A DNA stretch of 42,922 nt, taken from NCBI GenBank assembly GCA_045654045.1, contig JAZOMP010000070.1, forward strand, positions 1 through 42,922, given 5' to 3'. This DNA comes from Acutalibacteraceae bacterium (lineage in GTDB: Bacteria; Bacillota; Clostridia; Oscillospirales; Acutalibacteraceae). The notes under the pieces were generated by a model. That model saw only the letters and a list, made by a program, of their open reading frames with translations. It made no database searches and was not told the DNA's origin. Position numbers and translations under genes: made by a program. Each line of letters begins with the position of its first letter. The stretch's first letter is position 1. This document shows positions 8,121 through 17,104 of the stretch, piece by piece.

Positions 8121-9485
8121 ATGGATTTCAGACCCGGTGTTTATATTTTAGGTGCAAGCGAATGCAAGGAAAAAATGTGTGCCGCCGCAGGCAGAATTTC
8201 AACACAGCCCGGCAACGCACTAGGAATATGGGATAAATCGCAGGATGACGAAAAGAACGCAAACCTTATCGACAAGGTTACACGTTCGGGTCACAACTCT
8301 ACGGTTGAGCACATTATGTTCAACCTTGCTTTCAACGATGTTTCCGTTATCGTTGAACAGTTTATGATTGAGTTCAGGCTTGCTTCCTTTACGGTAAAAT
8401 CACGCCGTTACGTTGATTTTTACGACGCAGGTTACTTTGTGCCCGGATTCAAGGAGAAAGCTAACGAAGAAAAATACAAAAAAACTATAGATTCTCTTTT
8501 TGAAACGTACAAGCTCCTTACGGATAACGAAATACCCAAAGAGGATGCCCGTTTCGTTCTGCCCTACTGCTTCCTGAGCAACTTCTTCTGCTCACTTAAC
8601 GGCAGAGAGCTGCTGCACGTGCTTCACGCAATGCTCCACGGCAGAGGCAGTAAGAGCCCCGAAATAAAGGCACTCGGCGAACAGTTACTCGAGCAGGCAA
8701 GAAAAATTGCACCCGGTGTACTCACAGGCTTTGAGGAAAGAAAACCGAAGAAAAACGACACGGTTGACCTAAGTTTTATTGCTAAGACTGCCAAGGCTGA
8801 TGCCGAGCTTGTAGAATACATAGGCGGCAGTAAGGATGCGGCAAAGACCGTTACAACAGCCGCAATGCTTGAAAACAACACGTTCTCCGCCGCCGATATA
8901 AAAGCAGCGGTTGAAAACAAAGAAACAAGAAAGCAGATTATTGACGCAGTGCTTAACTGCTCACGCCCGAGAGCGTTAGAGAGCGTTCAGTTTACCTTTG
9001 CGCTCAACAAGGTTTCCCTTTCAACCCTCACCCACTTTGCGCGCCACAGAATCCACTCAATTCAGGTGCCGTCACTCGACACAGTTGACAGAAATGATTG
9101 GGTTATGCCCGAGAGCATAAAGGCAAAGCCCGAAATGCTTGAGGCTTACAACAATGCTTTCCATTCAGCCGTTGCACTTTATGATGAATTAAAGGCGGCA
9201 GGCGAAGAGGAAGCACTCCCCTACCTCATTTTAAGCGGCAATACCTTAAGCATTGTTTCCACAATGAACGCAAGAGAGCTGCTTCTGTTTATGAAGCTGA
9301 GAAGCTGTACGAGAGCACAGTGGGAAATTCAGATTTACGCAAACAGAATGCTCGAAATTCTCCGCAGCGAAGAGCCCGAGCTTTTCGGCAAATATGGCCC
9401 GAGCTGCTACGCAGACGGCTTCTGCCCCGAGGGCAGACTCTCCTGCGGCAGAGCAGCGGAAATCAAAGCAAAATACGGTGTATAA
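8121..9485 (+). CDS. thyX: FAD-dependent thymidylate synthase, fused tandem ThyX domains
   Basis: C-terminal half has FARHRIHSIQVPS (RHR-X7-S ThyX signature) and RAQWEIQIYA. N-terminal half has GHNSTVEH and S-R-R-Y with a degenerate signature (EFR). 454 aa is about twice a normal ThyX. Confidence 0.8.
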   Translation: MDFRPGVYILGASECKEKMCAAAGRISTQPGNALGIWDKSQDDEKNANLIDKVTRSGHNSTVEHIMFNLAFNDVSVIVEQFMIEFRLASFTVKSRRYVDFYDAGYFVPGFKEKANEEKYKKTIDSLFETYKLLTDNEIPKEDARFVLPYCFLSNFFCSLNGRELLHVLHAMLHGRGSKSPEIKALGEQLLEQARKIAPGVLTGFEERKPKKNDTVDLSFIAKTAKADAELVEYIGGSKDAAKTVTTAAMLENNTFSAADIKAAVENKETRKQIIDAVLNCSRPRALESVQFTFALNKVSLSTLTHFARHRIHSIQVPSLDTVDRNDWVMPESIKAKPEMLEAYNNAFHSAVALYDELKAAGEEEALPYLILSGNTLSIVSTMNARELLLFMKLRSCTRAQWEIQIYANRMLEILRSEEPELFGKYGPSCYADGFCPEGRLSCGRAAEIKAKYGV

Positions 9486-9491
9486 AAGTTT

Positions 9492-9524
9492 AACGGCAGA
9501 GGAAAACCTCTGCCGTTATTTTTT
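9492..9524. terminator. bidirectional rho-independent terminator between convergent thyX and the phosphoesterase gene
   Basis: AACGGCAGAGG-aaaa-CCTCTGCCGTT (11-bp perfect stem) followed by ATTTTTT. Confidence 0.8.
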
Positions 9525-9526
9525 AA

Positions 9527-10675
9527 TCAGAATTTCAATGCGTATTTAAGCGCATTGAAGATATTTTCAAAGAAGCAGATTACTGCGTTGAGGGCTTTAT
9601 CGAAAGCGTTGTCGTACTCTGCGTAGGGTGTATCAATCTGCGCGGTAAACTCACCGTTTTCATACTCGTAAAGTGTGGTATCAATTGTGCCTGTTGCTTC
9701 GTCAAGCGTTACTGTACGCACACCGTAAGGACCCTGCTTTGAGAACTGACAGCCATAGGTCATACCGAGTGTCACACCGTCCCAAACACCTGTAAAACCG
9801 CTTGTATGCCAATGGCCGAAGAAGGCGCCGACAACGTTTTTAACCTTGTAAGCCTTGAAAACGTCCGTTGTTGCACCGGGCTCAATTATACCCTCTGCGT
9901 AGCCGGAAGCAATTTCACCGTTGAGGCGGTATGTCTTTGCACCGCTTATAAGTGCTCCCTCGTCAAAAATTGTACATTCTTCGTAGAGGTTGCCCATATC
10001 GTCAATCGGCACGTGGGCAAAAGCCACACCGGGTACACCGCCGTTTTCATAAGAAGCAAACCAATTCATCTGTGCCTCGCCGAAGCCCTTGCCGTTGTCG
10101 AGCATCCACAGACCAAAGGCAGGCTCACCCGAAGCCGAGTAAACAGGAACGTAATAATCAACCTTTGTGGAAAGCATATCGCAGTATTCAGCGGTAATGC
10201 AGTTCGGGTATTCGGCGTAAATTGCCATCCAATCCTCAAGAGTAACCTCACTGCTGTAATCGTTATTACCCTGCGTTACGGCATAGGGAATGCCCGAAGC
10301 CCCGAGCAGAGCAAACATCTGCTCATCCGCCTTTTTTGTGTCTTCGAGTGTCTTTTCATAATCGCCGTCAACGGTGACACCCTCTTTGAAAATTTCGCTG
10401 TCAGAAATATCGCCTGCACGGGAGTTTTCAACAAGGTCGCCCGTGATAACAATAAAATCGGGGTCTGTTGCTTCAATTGATTTTTCAATAAACTCAATAA
10501 GTCCGTCGGCAATGCAGGCATCCTCCTGCGGGTCGGTAAGCTGTAAAACGGTGAACTTTCCGTCCTCACCGAAGGTGAGCTTTGTCATTTCCTCGCTTTC
10601 TTCTGCACCGGCACTGAAAGTAAAGAATGAACAGAGCGTACAAAGAACAAGGAATAATGATATAAACTTTTTCAC
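9527..10675 (-). CDS. secreted metallophosphoesterase (calcineurin-like fold)
   Basis: ITGDLVEN, QGNNDY and GHWHT motifs. The track start at 10705 is TTG. GTG at 10675 is preceded by AGGAGG at 8 nt and gives a classic signal peptide, MKKFISLFLVLCTLCSFFTFSAGA. Confidence 0.75.
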   Translation of the reverse strand: MKKFISLFLVLCTLCSFFTFSAGAEESEEMTKLTFGEDGKFTVLQLTDPQEDACIADGLIEFIEKSIEATDPDFIVITGDLVENSRAGDISDSEIFKEGVTVDGDYEKTLEDTKKADEQMFALLGASGIPYAVTQGNNDYSSEVTLEDWMAIYAEYPNCITAEYCDMLSTKVDYYVPVYSASGEPAFGLWMLDNGKGFGEAQMNWFASYENGGVPGVAFAHVPIDDMGNLYEECTIFDEGALISGAKTYRLNGEIASGYAEGIIEPGATTDVFKAYKVKNVVGAFFGHWHTSGFTGVWDGVTLGMTYGCQFSKQGPYGVRTVTLDEATGTIDTTLYEYENGEFTAQIDTPYAEYDNAFDKALNAVICFFENIFNALKYALKF

Positions 10676-10713
10676 TCTATTTTCCTCCTGGGCATTATAA
10701 TTCAATCTACTAA

Positions 10714-10741
10714 AAATCCCCGACTAAGTTGCCGGGGATTT
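10714..10741 (-). terminator. rho-independent terminator after nagB
   Basis: Minus strand AAATCCCCGG-caacttagt-CGGGGATTT followed by TT. Confidence 0.65.
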
Positions 10742-10747
10742 CTGTTT

Positions 10748-11476
10748 TTACTTTGTGAGTAGTGATGCTGCTTCCTTATCAAGGTAAACAACGACGTCAT
10801 CGTGGTTCTGAAGAATGGAAGCGGGAAGCTGAGGAGTAACCTCGCCCTCGATCATACCCTTGATTGCCTGTGCCTTGCCCGCACCTGTTGCGACAAGGAC
10901 AATCTTCTTGGAGCGCATAATCGAGCCGATACCCATAGTCATAGCGTAATGCGGCATCGGAGCATCATCAAAATAGATAGAGTTAGCATTAATTGTGCTT
11001 TCAGAAAGGGTAACACGGAAGGCTTCGTCCGTAAACGCATCGGAAGGCTCGTTAAAGGCGATGTGGCCGTTGTGGCCGATACCGAGAAGCTGAACGTCGA
11101 TGCCACCCTTTGCTTTGATAGCCTCGGCATAGCGCTTGCTTTCAGCATCGTAATCGGTTACGTTTCCGTCGAGGAAGCCGACGTTTTCGGGGTTGATGTC
11201 AACGTGGCTGAACAGATTCTGGAACATAAAGGTGTAATAGCTGTTCTTGTTGTCCTTGGGCAGGTCGCAGTATTCGTCGAGATTAAAGGTGCTTACATCC
11301 TTGAAGCTGACCTTGCCGTTTTTGTAGGCATCAACAATATAGTTGTAGGTCGGTACGGGAGTTGCGCCTGTTGCAAGGCCGTGCACGCAAGAGGGATTTT
11401 CGTTGACAAAGTCAACATAAAACTGACCGAGCTGCTCACCAATCTGCGCTGCGTTTTCAAGTACGATGATTTTCAT
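10748..11476 (-). CDS. nagB: glucosamine-6-phosphate deaminase
   Basis: GLATGATP and LLGIGHNGHIAFNEP motifs, 242 aa. Confidence 0.92.
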   Translation of the reverse strand: MKIIVLENAAQIGEQLGQFYVDFVNENPSCVHGLATGATPVPTYNYIVDAYKNGKVSFKDVSTFNLDEYCDLPKDNKNSYYTFMFQNLFSHVDINPENVGFLDGNVTDYDAESKRYAEAIKAKGGIDVQLLGIGHNGHIAFNEPSDAFTDEAFRVTLSESTINANSIYFDDAPMPHYAMTMGIGSIMRSKKIVLVATGAGKAQAIKGMIEGEVTPQLPASILQNHDDVVVYLDKEAASLLTK

Positions 11477-11536
11477 TTTTGTGTTTTCCTTTCTGTTTAT
11501 AGGTTTCGGACGGAGGTTATCCGCCCCTACAATTTG

Positions 11537-12679
11537 TTAATTAAAAATAACCTCTTTGTATATTTCTTCAAGCTCTTTTTTTATTCTTTGGCTTGAATAT
11601 TTCTGTGCTCTTTCAAAGGCCTTCTCGCCCATTAAAAGGCGCATATTTTTATCTTTGTAAAGCTTCTCAAAAGCTTTTGCACATTTTTCGGGGTCATCCG
11701 TCGGCACAAACAGACCGCTCTCGCTTTCTGCCACAAGCTCGTTATGCCCTCTGTTGTGGGTTACGACTGCAGCCTTTTTACTGAACATACCCTCAATTAT
11801 ATTTACGGGCAGGCCCTCACGGTAGCTGGCGGAAGCCACAAAATCGCTTATTTTAAGCAGCTTATCAACGTCCGTACGGTAGCCCATAAGCCTTGCCGAA
11901 TTTTCGACACCGAGTTGTTTTATAATAGCACTCAGTTCGTCCTCGCTGTCGCCCGCACCGGCAAAAAGAATTTTAAAATCAGGGCAGGACTCTTTAAGAT
12001 ACTGCAAGGAATTAATAAGAAGCTTCTGGTTTTTGTTGACGTTAAGCTCACCCGTGCAAAGGCAGAGCACGTCAGAAGCCTTAAAGCCGTATTCTTTTCT
12101 TAATTCGTTCTTTATGTTTTCATCGGTATCGGTGTATTTTGTTGCATCAACACCTACACCGTGAATACGCCTGACGGTTTTACAAAGCTTCAGGCGCTTT
12201 GCTCTTGCCTCATCCTCATCGCCGATAGTAATAAGGCAGTCGGTAAAAAGCGTACCGCAGAGCTTTTCAATAGGATAAAAAATAAGCCAGTTTAATTTTG
12301 ATGCGCCCCTATAGAAGTGAAATCCGTGGGCTGTATAAATTACCTTTGTGCCGTTTTTTCTTGCCTTTCTTGCTGCAAGGCGGCTCAAAATTCCGACAAC
12401 AGGTGTGTTACAGTGAACAACGTCATATTCGCCCGAATCAATAAGCTTTTTGAGTGATTTATATGCCGCTATATTTTTCTTGCTTAACGGTGAACGGTCA
12501 AAATCAATATCGTGAAATACATCAATTCTATCCGTCAGCCGTTGCAAAGGCTCTTTGTCGGACATATCCTTTGCGGCTATATGTACTTCATATCCGTTTT
12601 CGTGGAGCAGGTCTATCAGCGGAAAATGGAACGAGGTAAAGTGGTAATGTACCGAAGCGGTAAGCAGAGATTTTTTCAT
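11537..12679 (-). CDS. GT4-family (GT-B) glycosyltransferase
   Basis: C-terminal E-x7-E region SYREGLPVNIIEGM. 380 aa. ATGA overlap with the upstream sugar transferase. Confidence 0.8.
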   Translation of the reverse strand: MKKSLLTASVHYHFTSFHFPLIDLLHENGYEVHIAAKDMSDKEPLQRLTDRIDVFHDIDFDRSPLSKKNIAAYKSLKKLIDSGEYDVVHCNTPVVGILSRLAARKARKNGTKVIYTAHGFHFYRGASKLNWLIFYPIEKLCGTLFTDCLITIGDEDEARAKRLKLCKTVRRIHGVGVDATKYTDTDENIKNELRKEYGFKASDVLCLCTGELNVNKNQKLLINSLQYLKESCPDFKILFAGAGDSEDELSAIIKQLGVENSARLMGYRTDVDKLLKISDFVASASYREGLPVNIIEGMFSKKAAVVTHNRGHNELVAESESGLFVPTDDPEKCAKAFEKLYKDKNMRLLMGEKAFERAQKYSSQRIKKELEEIYKEVIFN

Positions 12680-13302
12680 ATCTCAACCTCCCGTTCACCC
12701 TTGAACTCCTCCATAGTTGCGGAGGTTTCACTGCTGATACCCTCTCTTTTCAGAACGTTTAAAACTGTTTTGAAAAGAATTTTTATATCGAGCCACGGGC
12801 TGATATTTTCGACGTACTTAACGTCCCACTCAAACTTTTCTTCCCAGGTGAGAAGGTTTCTTCCGTTGACCTGAGCCAGACCCGTAAGACCGGGGCGTAC
12901 GTTGTGGCGCATAGCCTGTCTTTCGTTATAAAGAGGCAGATAGCGCACAAGCAAGGGTCTCGGACCGACGAAGCTCATATCGCCTTTCAGTATATTATAA
13001 AACTCGGGAAGTTCATCGAGCGAAAGACTGCGAAGAAGCTTACCGAATTTTGTAAGCCTTGTTTCGTCTGGCAGCAGTTCGCCGTTTTCGTCACGCTCAT
13101 CCGTCATAGTGCGGAATTTATAGAGCATAAAGATTTCGCCGTTTTTGCCGGGTCTTTCCTGCTTGAAAAGTACGGGGCTGCCGAGTTTTGTTCTTACCAA
13201 AACAGCAAGCACGGCAAGCGGAAGAGCAAGCACGGCAAGCGCAAACAGGGAAAGCAGAAAATCCGCAGCCCTTTTTATTAACTTGTCATATATCTTTCTC
13301 AA
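12676..13302 (-). CDS. small monotopic phosphoglycosyl transferase (PglC/WbaP-C-terminal type; undecaprenyl-phosphate sugar-phosphate transferase)
   Basis: Re-entrant helix, then SPVLFKQERPG, YKFRTM and DELPEFYNILKGDMSFVGPRP. The start codon is TTG (13302), preceded by GGAG. Confidence 0.88.
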   Translation of the reverse strand: MRKIYDKLIKRAADFLLSLFALAVLALPLAVLAVLVRTKLGSPVLFKQERPGKNGEIFMLYKFRTMTDERDENGELLPDETRLTKFGKLLRSLSLDELPEFYNILKGDMSFVGPRPLLVRYLPLYNERQAMRHNVRPGLTGLAQVNGRNLLTWEEKFEWDVKYVENISPWLDIKILFKTVLNVLKREGISSETSATMEEFKGEREVEI

Positions 13303-13338
13303 AAAATCCGCTCCGTTTTTATGTTATTTCGGGGTAGG

Positions 13339-14484
13339 TTATTTCCAGAGGTTCCTAACAATTGAAGCAACTCTTTGGAGGTCTTCGTCCGTCATCTTTG
13401 TATCCGACGGCAGACAGATGCCGCAGTCGAATATTTTTTCGGCAACGTGCTCATCACCGATATAATCGCAACCCTCAAAAACGGGCTGAAGGTGCAGAGG
13501 CTTCCATATAGGTCTTGCCTCTATGTTTTCTTTTTCTAGTGCAAGCAGGATATCAAGCGGCTTTACCTTGTCGCCCGTCAGAGTAATACAGGTAAGCCAG
13601 CAGTTTGAAACGCTGTCTTTGTCAATGGGCATCATATGAATATCCGCAATATCTGAAAAAGCTTTTTTATAGTAATCAAATATGTATCTTTTCTTGGCGA
13701 CACGCTTGTCAAGAACCTTGAGCTGACCTCTGCCTATACCTGCAACGATATTGCTCATACGGTAATTATATCCGATTTCGCTGTGCTGGTAGTGACGCGC
13801 AGGGTCACGGCTCTGGGTAGCCCAGAAGCGTGCTTTTTTTATTCTTTCCTCCGCCTTTTCATCATCGGCAAGGTTACACACGAGTGCACCTCCGCCCGAG
13901 GTAGTAATTATCTTGTTGCCGTTAAAACTGTATATTCCGTATTCGCCGAATGTGCCCGTCATCTTACCCTTGTAGGTAGTGCCGAGGCTCTCTGCGGCGT
14001 CTTCAATAACAACTGCGTTGTGCTCGCGGCAGATACGCAGAATTTCATCCATATCCGCAGCAATGCCGTACAGATGGACAACCGCAACAAACTTCGTGTC
14101 GGGATACTTCTCAAAAGCCTTTTCAAGCGCCCTGGGTGACATATTCCAGGTTTCCTCGTCGCAGTCGATAAAAACCGGAACTGCGTTTTCGTAGACAACG
14201 GGGTTTACCGTTGCGGAAAAGGTAAGTGTCGGACAGAAAACTCTGTCGCCCGGCTTTACGCCTGCCGCCTTTAAAGCAAGGTGAATAGCCGCCGTGCCTG
14301 CACTGAGTGCTGCGGAATATTTTGCACCCGTATATTCGCAAAGCTCGTTTTCAAAGCCGTTAACGTTCTGACCCAGCGGAGCAATCCAGTTGGTATCAAA
14401 AGCAAGATTTATGTACTCTTTTTCATATCCTTCATCACTCATATGGGGTGAAGAAAGGAAGATTCTTGTATTTTCGGACATCAA
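13339..14484 (-). CDS. DegT/DnrJ/EryC1-type PLP-dependent sugar aminotransferase
   Basis: Retains the catalytic Lys (YSFNGNKIITTSGGGAL). The start is either TTG at 14484 or ATG at 14481, which overlaps the upstream TGA. Confidence 0.85.
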   Translation of the reverse strand: MMSENTRIFLSSPHMSDEGYEKEYINLAFDTNWIAPLGQNVNGFENELCEYTGAKYSAALSAGTAAIHLALKAAGVKPGDRVFCPTLTFSATVNPVVYENAVPVFIDCDEETWNMSPRALEKAFEKYPDTKFVAVVHLYGIAADMDEILRICREHNAVVIEDAAESLGTTYKGKMTGTFGEYGIYSFNGNKIITTSGGGALVCNLADDEKAEERIKKARFWATQSRDPARHYQHSEIGYNYRMSNIVAGIGRGQLKVLDKRVAKKRYIFDYYKKAFSDIADIHMMPIDKDSVSNCWLTCITLTGDKVKPLDILLALEKENIEARPIWKPLHLQPVFEGCDYIGDEHVAEKIFDCGICLPSDTKMTDEDLQRVASIVRNLWK

Positions 14485-15551
14485 TTAATCACAACCTCAT
14501 GACCCGTACGGGCAGATTCATAAACAGCATCGAGTATTTTCATCATCTCAACACCGTCCTCGGCAGGAGCCAGACACTCTGCCTTGCCGAGAATTGCGTC
14601 GACGTAATTGTCGATTTCCTTCTGGAAAAGACCGTCAAAGCTGAGGGCTGTTTCCTGAGCAAAGCCGATATTCACCATACGGTTATTGAGCTCTGTAAAG
14701 ATTTCAACGTTGGGGCTAAGCTTTGCGCCTGCCTTCGTGCCGAAGAGCTCGATATTTCCTTCATCGTGCTTGATGTTAAGGCTGAATGCAGCCTCAACGC
14801 TGAGCACGGCACCGTTATCAAAACGGATAAGTGCAGAAGCCAGATCTTCAACGTCGCATATATCTTCAACGCCCGTGCTTGCAGCCTTCCATGCCTTACC
14901 GCCGTAAACATTAGGGCGGTTAAAGAGTTTCTGGAAAGTTACGCCGTAAACGGAAACGGGCTTGGGGTTACCGAAAATGAAGCGGACAAGGTCGATAACG
15001 TGAACACCCAAATCGATAAGAGGGCCGCCGCCTGAACGGGATTTATCGCCGAACCAGCCGCCGGGGTTACCGTTGCGGCGAAGATAGGTTGCCTTTGCAT
15101 AGTAAAGCTCACCGAAGGTACCCGCATCAACATTTTCGCGTATAACCTCACAGTCGTTACCGTGACGGCGGACAAAGCCGATCATAAGAAGCTTGTTGTT
15201 CCGCTTTGCTGCTTCCAGCATCTGCTTTGCTTCCTCGGAATTCATCGCCATCGGCTTTTCGCAGATAACATGCTTTCCTGCGTCAAGCGCGGCAATAGTG
15301 CACTCAGCATGCGCACTGTTCCATGTACAAACGCTTACTGCATCAATTTCGGGAAGAGCTTTAAACATTTCGTCCTTATCGGTAAACGTCCTTTCAAGCG
15401 GAACGCCGTACTGCTCGGCCATAGCCTTAACACGCTCGGGGTTGATATCGCAGAAAGCGTAAAGCTCCGTATAGGGATTATTTATGTAACCTCTGATATG
15501 TTCGTTACTGATACCACCCGTACCAATAACCGCCATTTTAAGCCTTGCCAT
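14481..15551 (-). CDS. Gfo/Idh/MocA-family NAD-dependent sugar oxidoreductase
   Basis: MAVIGTGGISNEH Rossmann and ICEKPMA motif. The track start at 15584 is rejected in favour of ATG 15551 (MARLKMAVIG), which has AAGGAGAG 8 nt upstream. Confidence 0.85.
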   Translation of the reverse strand: MARLKMAVIGTGGISNEHIRGYINNPYTELYAFCDINPERVKAMAEQYGVPLERTFTDKDEMFKALPEIDAVSVCTWNSAHAECTIAALDAGKHVICEKPMAMNSEEAKQMLEAAKRNNKLLMIGFVRRHGNDCEVIRENVDAGTFGELYYAKATYLRRNGNPGGWFGDKSRSGGGPLIDLGVHVIDLVRFIFGNPKPVSVYGVTFQKLFNRPNVYGGKAWKAASTGVEDICDVEDLASALIRFDNGAVLSVEAAFSLNIKHDEGNIELFGTKAGAKLSPNVEIFTELNNRMVNIGFAQETALSFDGLFQKEIDNYVDAILGKAECLAPAEDGVEMMKILDAVYESARTGHEVVIN

Positions 15552-15595
15552 AACCTTGACTCTCCTTTGAAGTTTTTTATACATATACAGTATTT

Positions 15596-15624
15596 ATTTT
15601 ACAATCTTTGCGTAAAAATTTCAA
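15596..15624 (-). promoter_or_regulatory. candidate sigma-A promoter of the oxidoreductase-aminotransferase-PGT-GT4 operon
   Basis: Minus strand TTGAAA(15624-15619)-17 nt-TAAAAT(15601-15596). Confidence 0.55.
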
Positions 15625-15666
15625 TAGATATTATAAAATAAATTAATAGTTAAATAAACAAAAATA

Positions 15667-15700
15667 CTCTGTTGCGATTCGTCACCGGATCGCAACAGAG
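15667..15700 (-). terminator. rho-independent terminator after the fucosidase gene
   Basis: CTCTGTTGCGAT-10 nt loop-ATCGCAACAGAG (12-bp perfect stem), followed by TATTTTTG on the minus strand. Confidence 0.75.
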
Positions 15701-15709
15701 CAGAAATTA

Positions 15710-17023
15710 TTATTTTGTCAGCTTGATTGTATAAAGCCAGTTGCTGTCCAGGTTATCGGGGTTGATTGCAGGGAAGACGATTTCAGCCTTGCCCGCGTTG
15801 TCCTTAACCTCAAGTACAGCGTCACAACCAAGAAGTGAAGCCTTGAGGTCTGCGGAATATTCAACCTGCTCAAGCACCTGTGAGCCGAAGGGGAAACGAT
15901 TGATAATAGCGTAAACGTCATTACCCTTCTTTGTATAATATACGCCGCTCTGAAGCTTTTTACTATAGATACGGGTGCCGTAAATTGCCTCGCCGTTTAC
16001 ACGAAGCCAGTCACCCATCTGGAGCAGACGCTCTTCCATAATAACAGGAATTGTTCCGTCTGCATCGGGGCCGATATTGAGCAGGAAGTTACCGCCCTTT
16101 GCAACAAGGTCGCAAAGAGTTTCAAGAAGTTCCTTGGCGGAAAGGTAATCCTCGACCTCTTCCTCCTTGTTGATACCGAAGGAGCGGCCGATACCTCTGC
16201 ACTCCTCAAAGGGTCTGTCAAGCTCAACGTCTTCAATTCTTCTCTCTGTACCGAGATAAACGTCAATAATACCATACTCGGTTGTAAAATTACCGCCAAG
16301 CTTACCTCGGGTTTCCTTGCCCCAGCGGTCGTTGGGAACGATGAAATCCTTTACACTCGACTCATTGTAAAGCCACTGCAGAAACTCCGTTGAATGCCAG
16401 ACGGAGCTTTCGTGCGACCATTCGCCGTCGGTAAAAAGAGTGTTGGGCTGATATTTTTCGACAAGTTCCTTGAGCATGGGGTGAAGGTGCTCAAGAGCAT
16501 ATTTTTCGGGGTCTTCAAGGTAATACGGATGCCACCACTCATAGACGGAGTGGTAAACCCCGAAGCGCACACCCGTACCCTCCATTGCGTTTTTAAGCTC
16601 CATAAGGAAATCGCGCTTGGGTGCACACTCAACAGAGTTAAGACCGGGTGCATATTCGGTTTCATAGAGGCAATATCCGTCGTGATGCTTGGAAACGAAG
16701 TTTATGTACTTTGCGCCTGCTTTTTTAAAAAGCTGAGCCCACTTGTTCGCATCAAAACGGTAACCTGTGAAATCGTCAATAAAATCGTAGTAGGGTCTTG
16801 AATTGTAGTGCTTCTTGTGGAATTCCTTATATTTCGGATGAGAAGGATGCTCGGGTGTTTCAAGGTTGCAGGAATAGCCGTACCACTCTGCATAATCACC
16901 CTTGGGCGCGTAAGCAGGCACGGAATAAAGACCCCAATGGATGAATATGCCGAACTTTGCGTCCGCAAACCATTCGGGCACAGGTCTTGAATTGAGGGAG
17001 TCCCAGTTGTTTTCGTATTTCAT
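15710..17023 (-). CDS. alpha-L-fucosidase (GH29), no signal peptide
   Basis: PVPEWFADAKFGIFIHWGLYSVPAY is the GH29 N-terminal signature. ATG at 17023 (MKYENNW) has AGGAG 8 nt upstream. The track start at 17032 is GTG with no spacing to the RBS. Confidence 0.88.
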   Translation of the reverse strand: MKYENNWDSLNSRPVPEWFADAKFGIFIHWGLYSVPAYAPKGDYAEWYGYSCNLETPEHPSHPKYKEFHKKHYNSRPYYDFIDDFTGYRFDANKWAQLFKKAGAKYINFVSKHHDGYCLYETEYAPGLNSVECAPKRDFLMELKNAMEGTGVRFGVYHSVYEWWHPYYLEDPEKYALEHLHPMLKELVEKYQPNTLFTDGEWSHESSVWHSTEFLQWLYNESSVKDFIVPNDRWGKETRGKLGGNFTTEYGIIDVYLGTERRIEDVELDRPFEECRGIGRSFGINKEEEVEDYLSAKELLETLCDLVAKGGNFLLNIGPDADGTIPVIMEERLLQMGDWLRVNGEAIYGTRIYSKKLQSGVYYTKKGNDVYAIINRFPFGSQVLEQVEYSADLKASLLGCDAVLEVKDNAGKAEIVFPAINPDNLDSNWLYTIKLTK

Positions 17024-17063
17024 AGGTTTCACTCCTGAAAAATTGATAGCTATAATATAACAG

Positions 17064-17093
17064 AAAAAACCCTCTTGTGAAAGAGGGTTTTTT
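17064..17093 (-). terminator. rho-independent terminator after the 120-aa gene
   Basis: AAAAAACCCTCTT-gtga-AAGAGGGTTTTTT, a perfect stem flanked by an A-tract and a T-tract. Confidence 0.8.
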
Positions 17094-17104
17094 AAAATAT
17101 TTTT

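Noticed and set aside
8121-9485. The double-length thyX might be two adjacent genes or a frameshifted duplicate
   Set aside because: It is a single uninterrupted frame with no internal stop. There is no internal RBS and start at the domain junction, and the linker region is coding-like.
10802-11596. 264-aa plus-strand ORF antisense to nagB
   Set aside because: It is entirely antisense to a high-confidence nagB and runs through the nagB-GT4 intergenic region. No motifs or signals.
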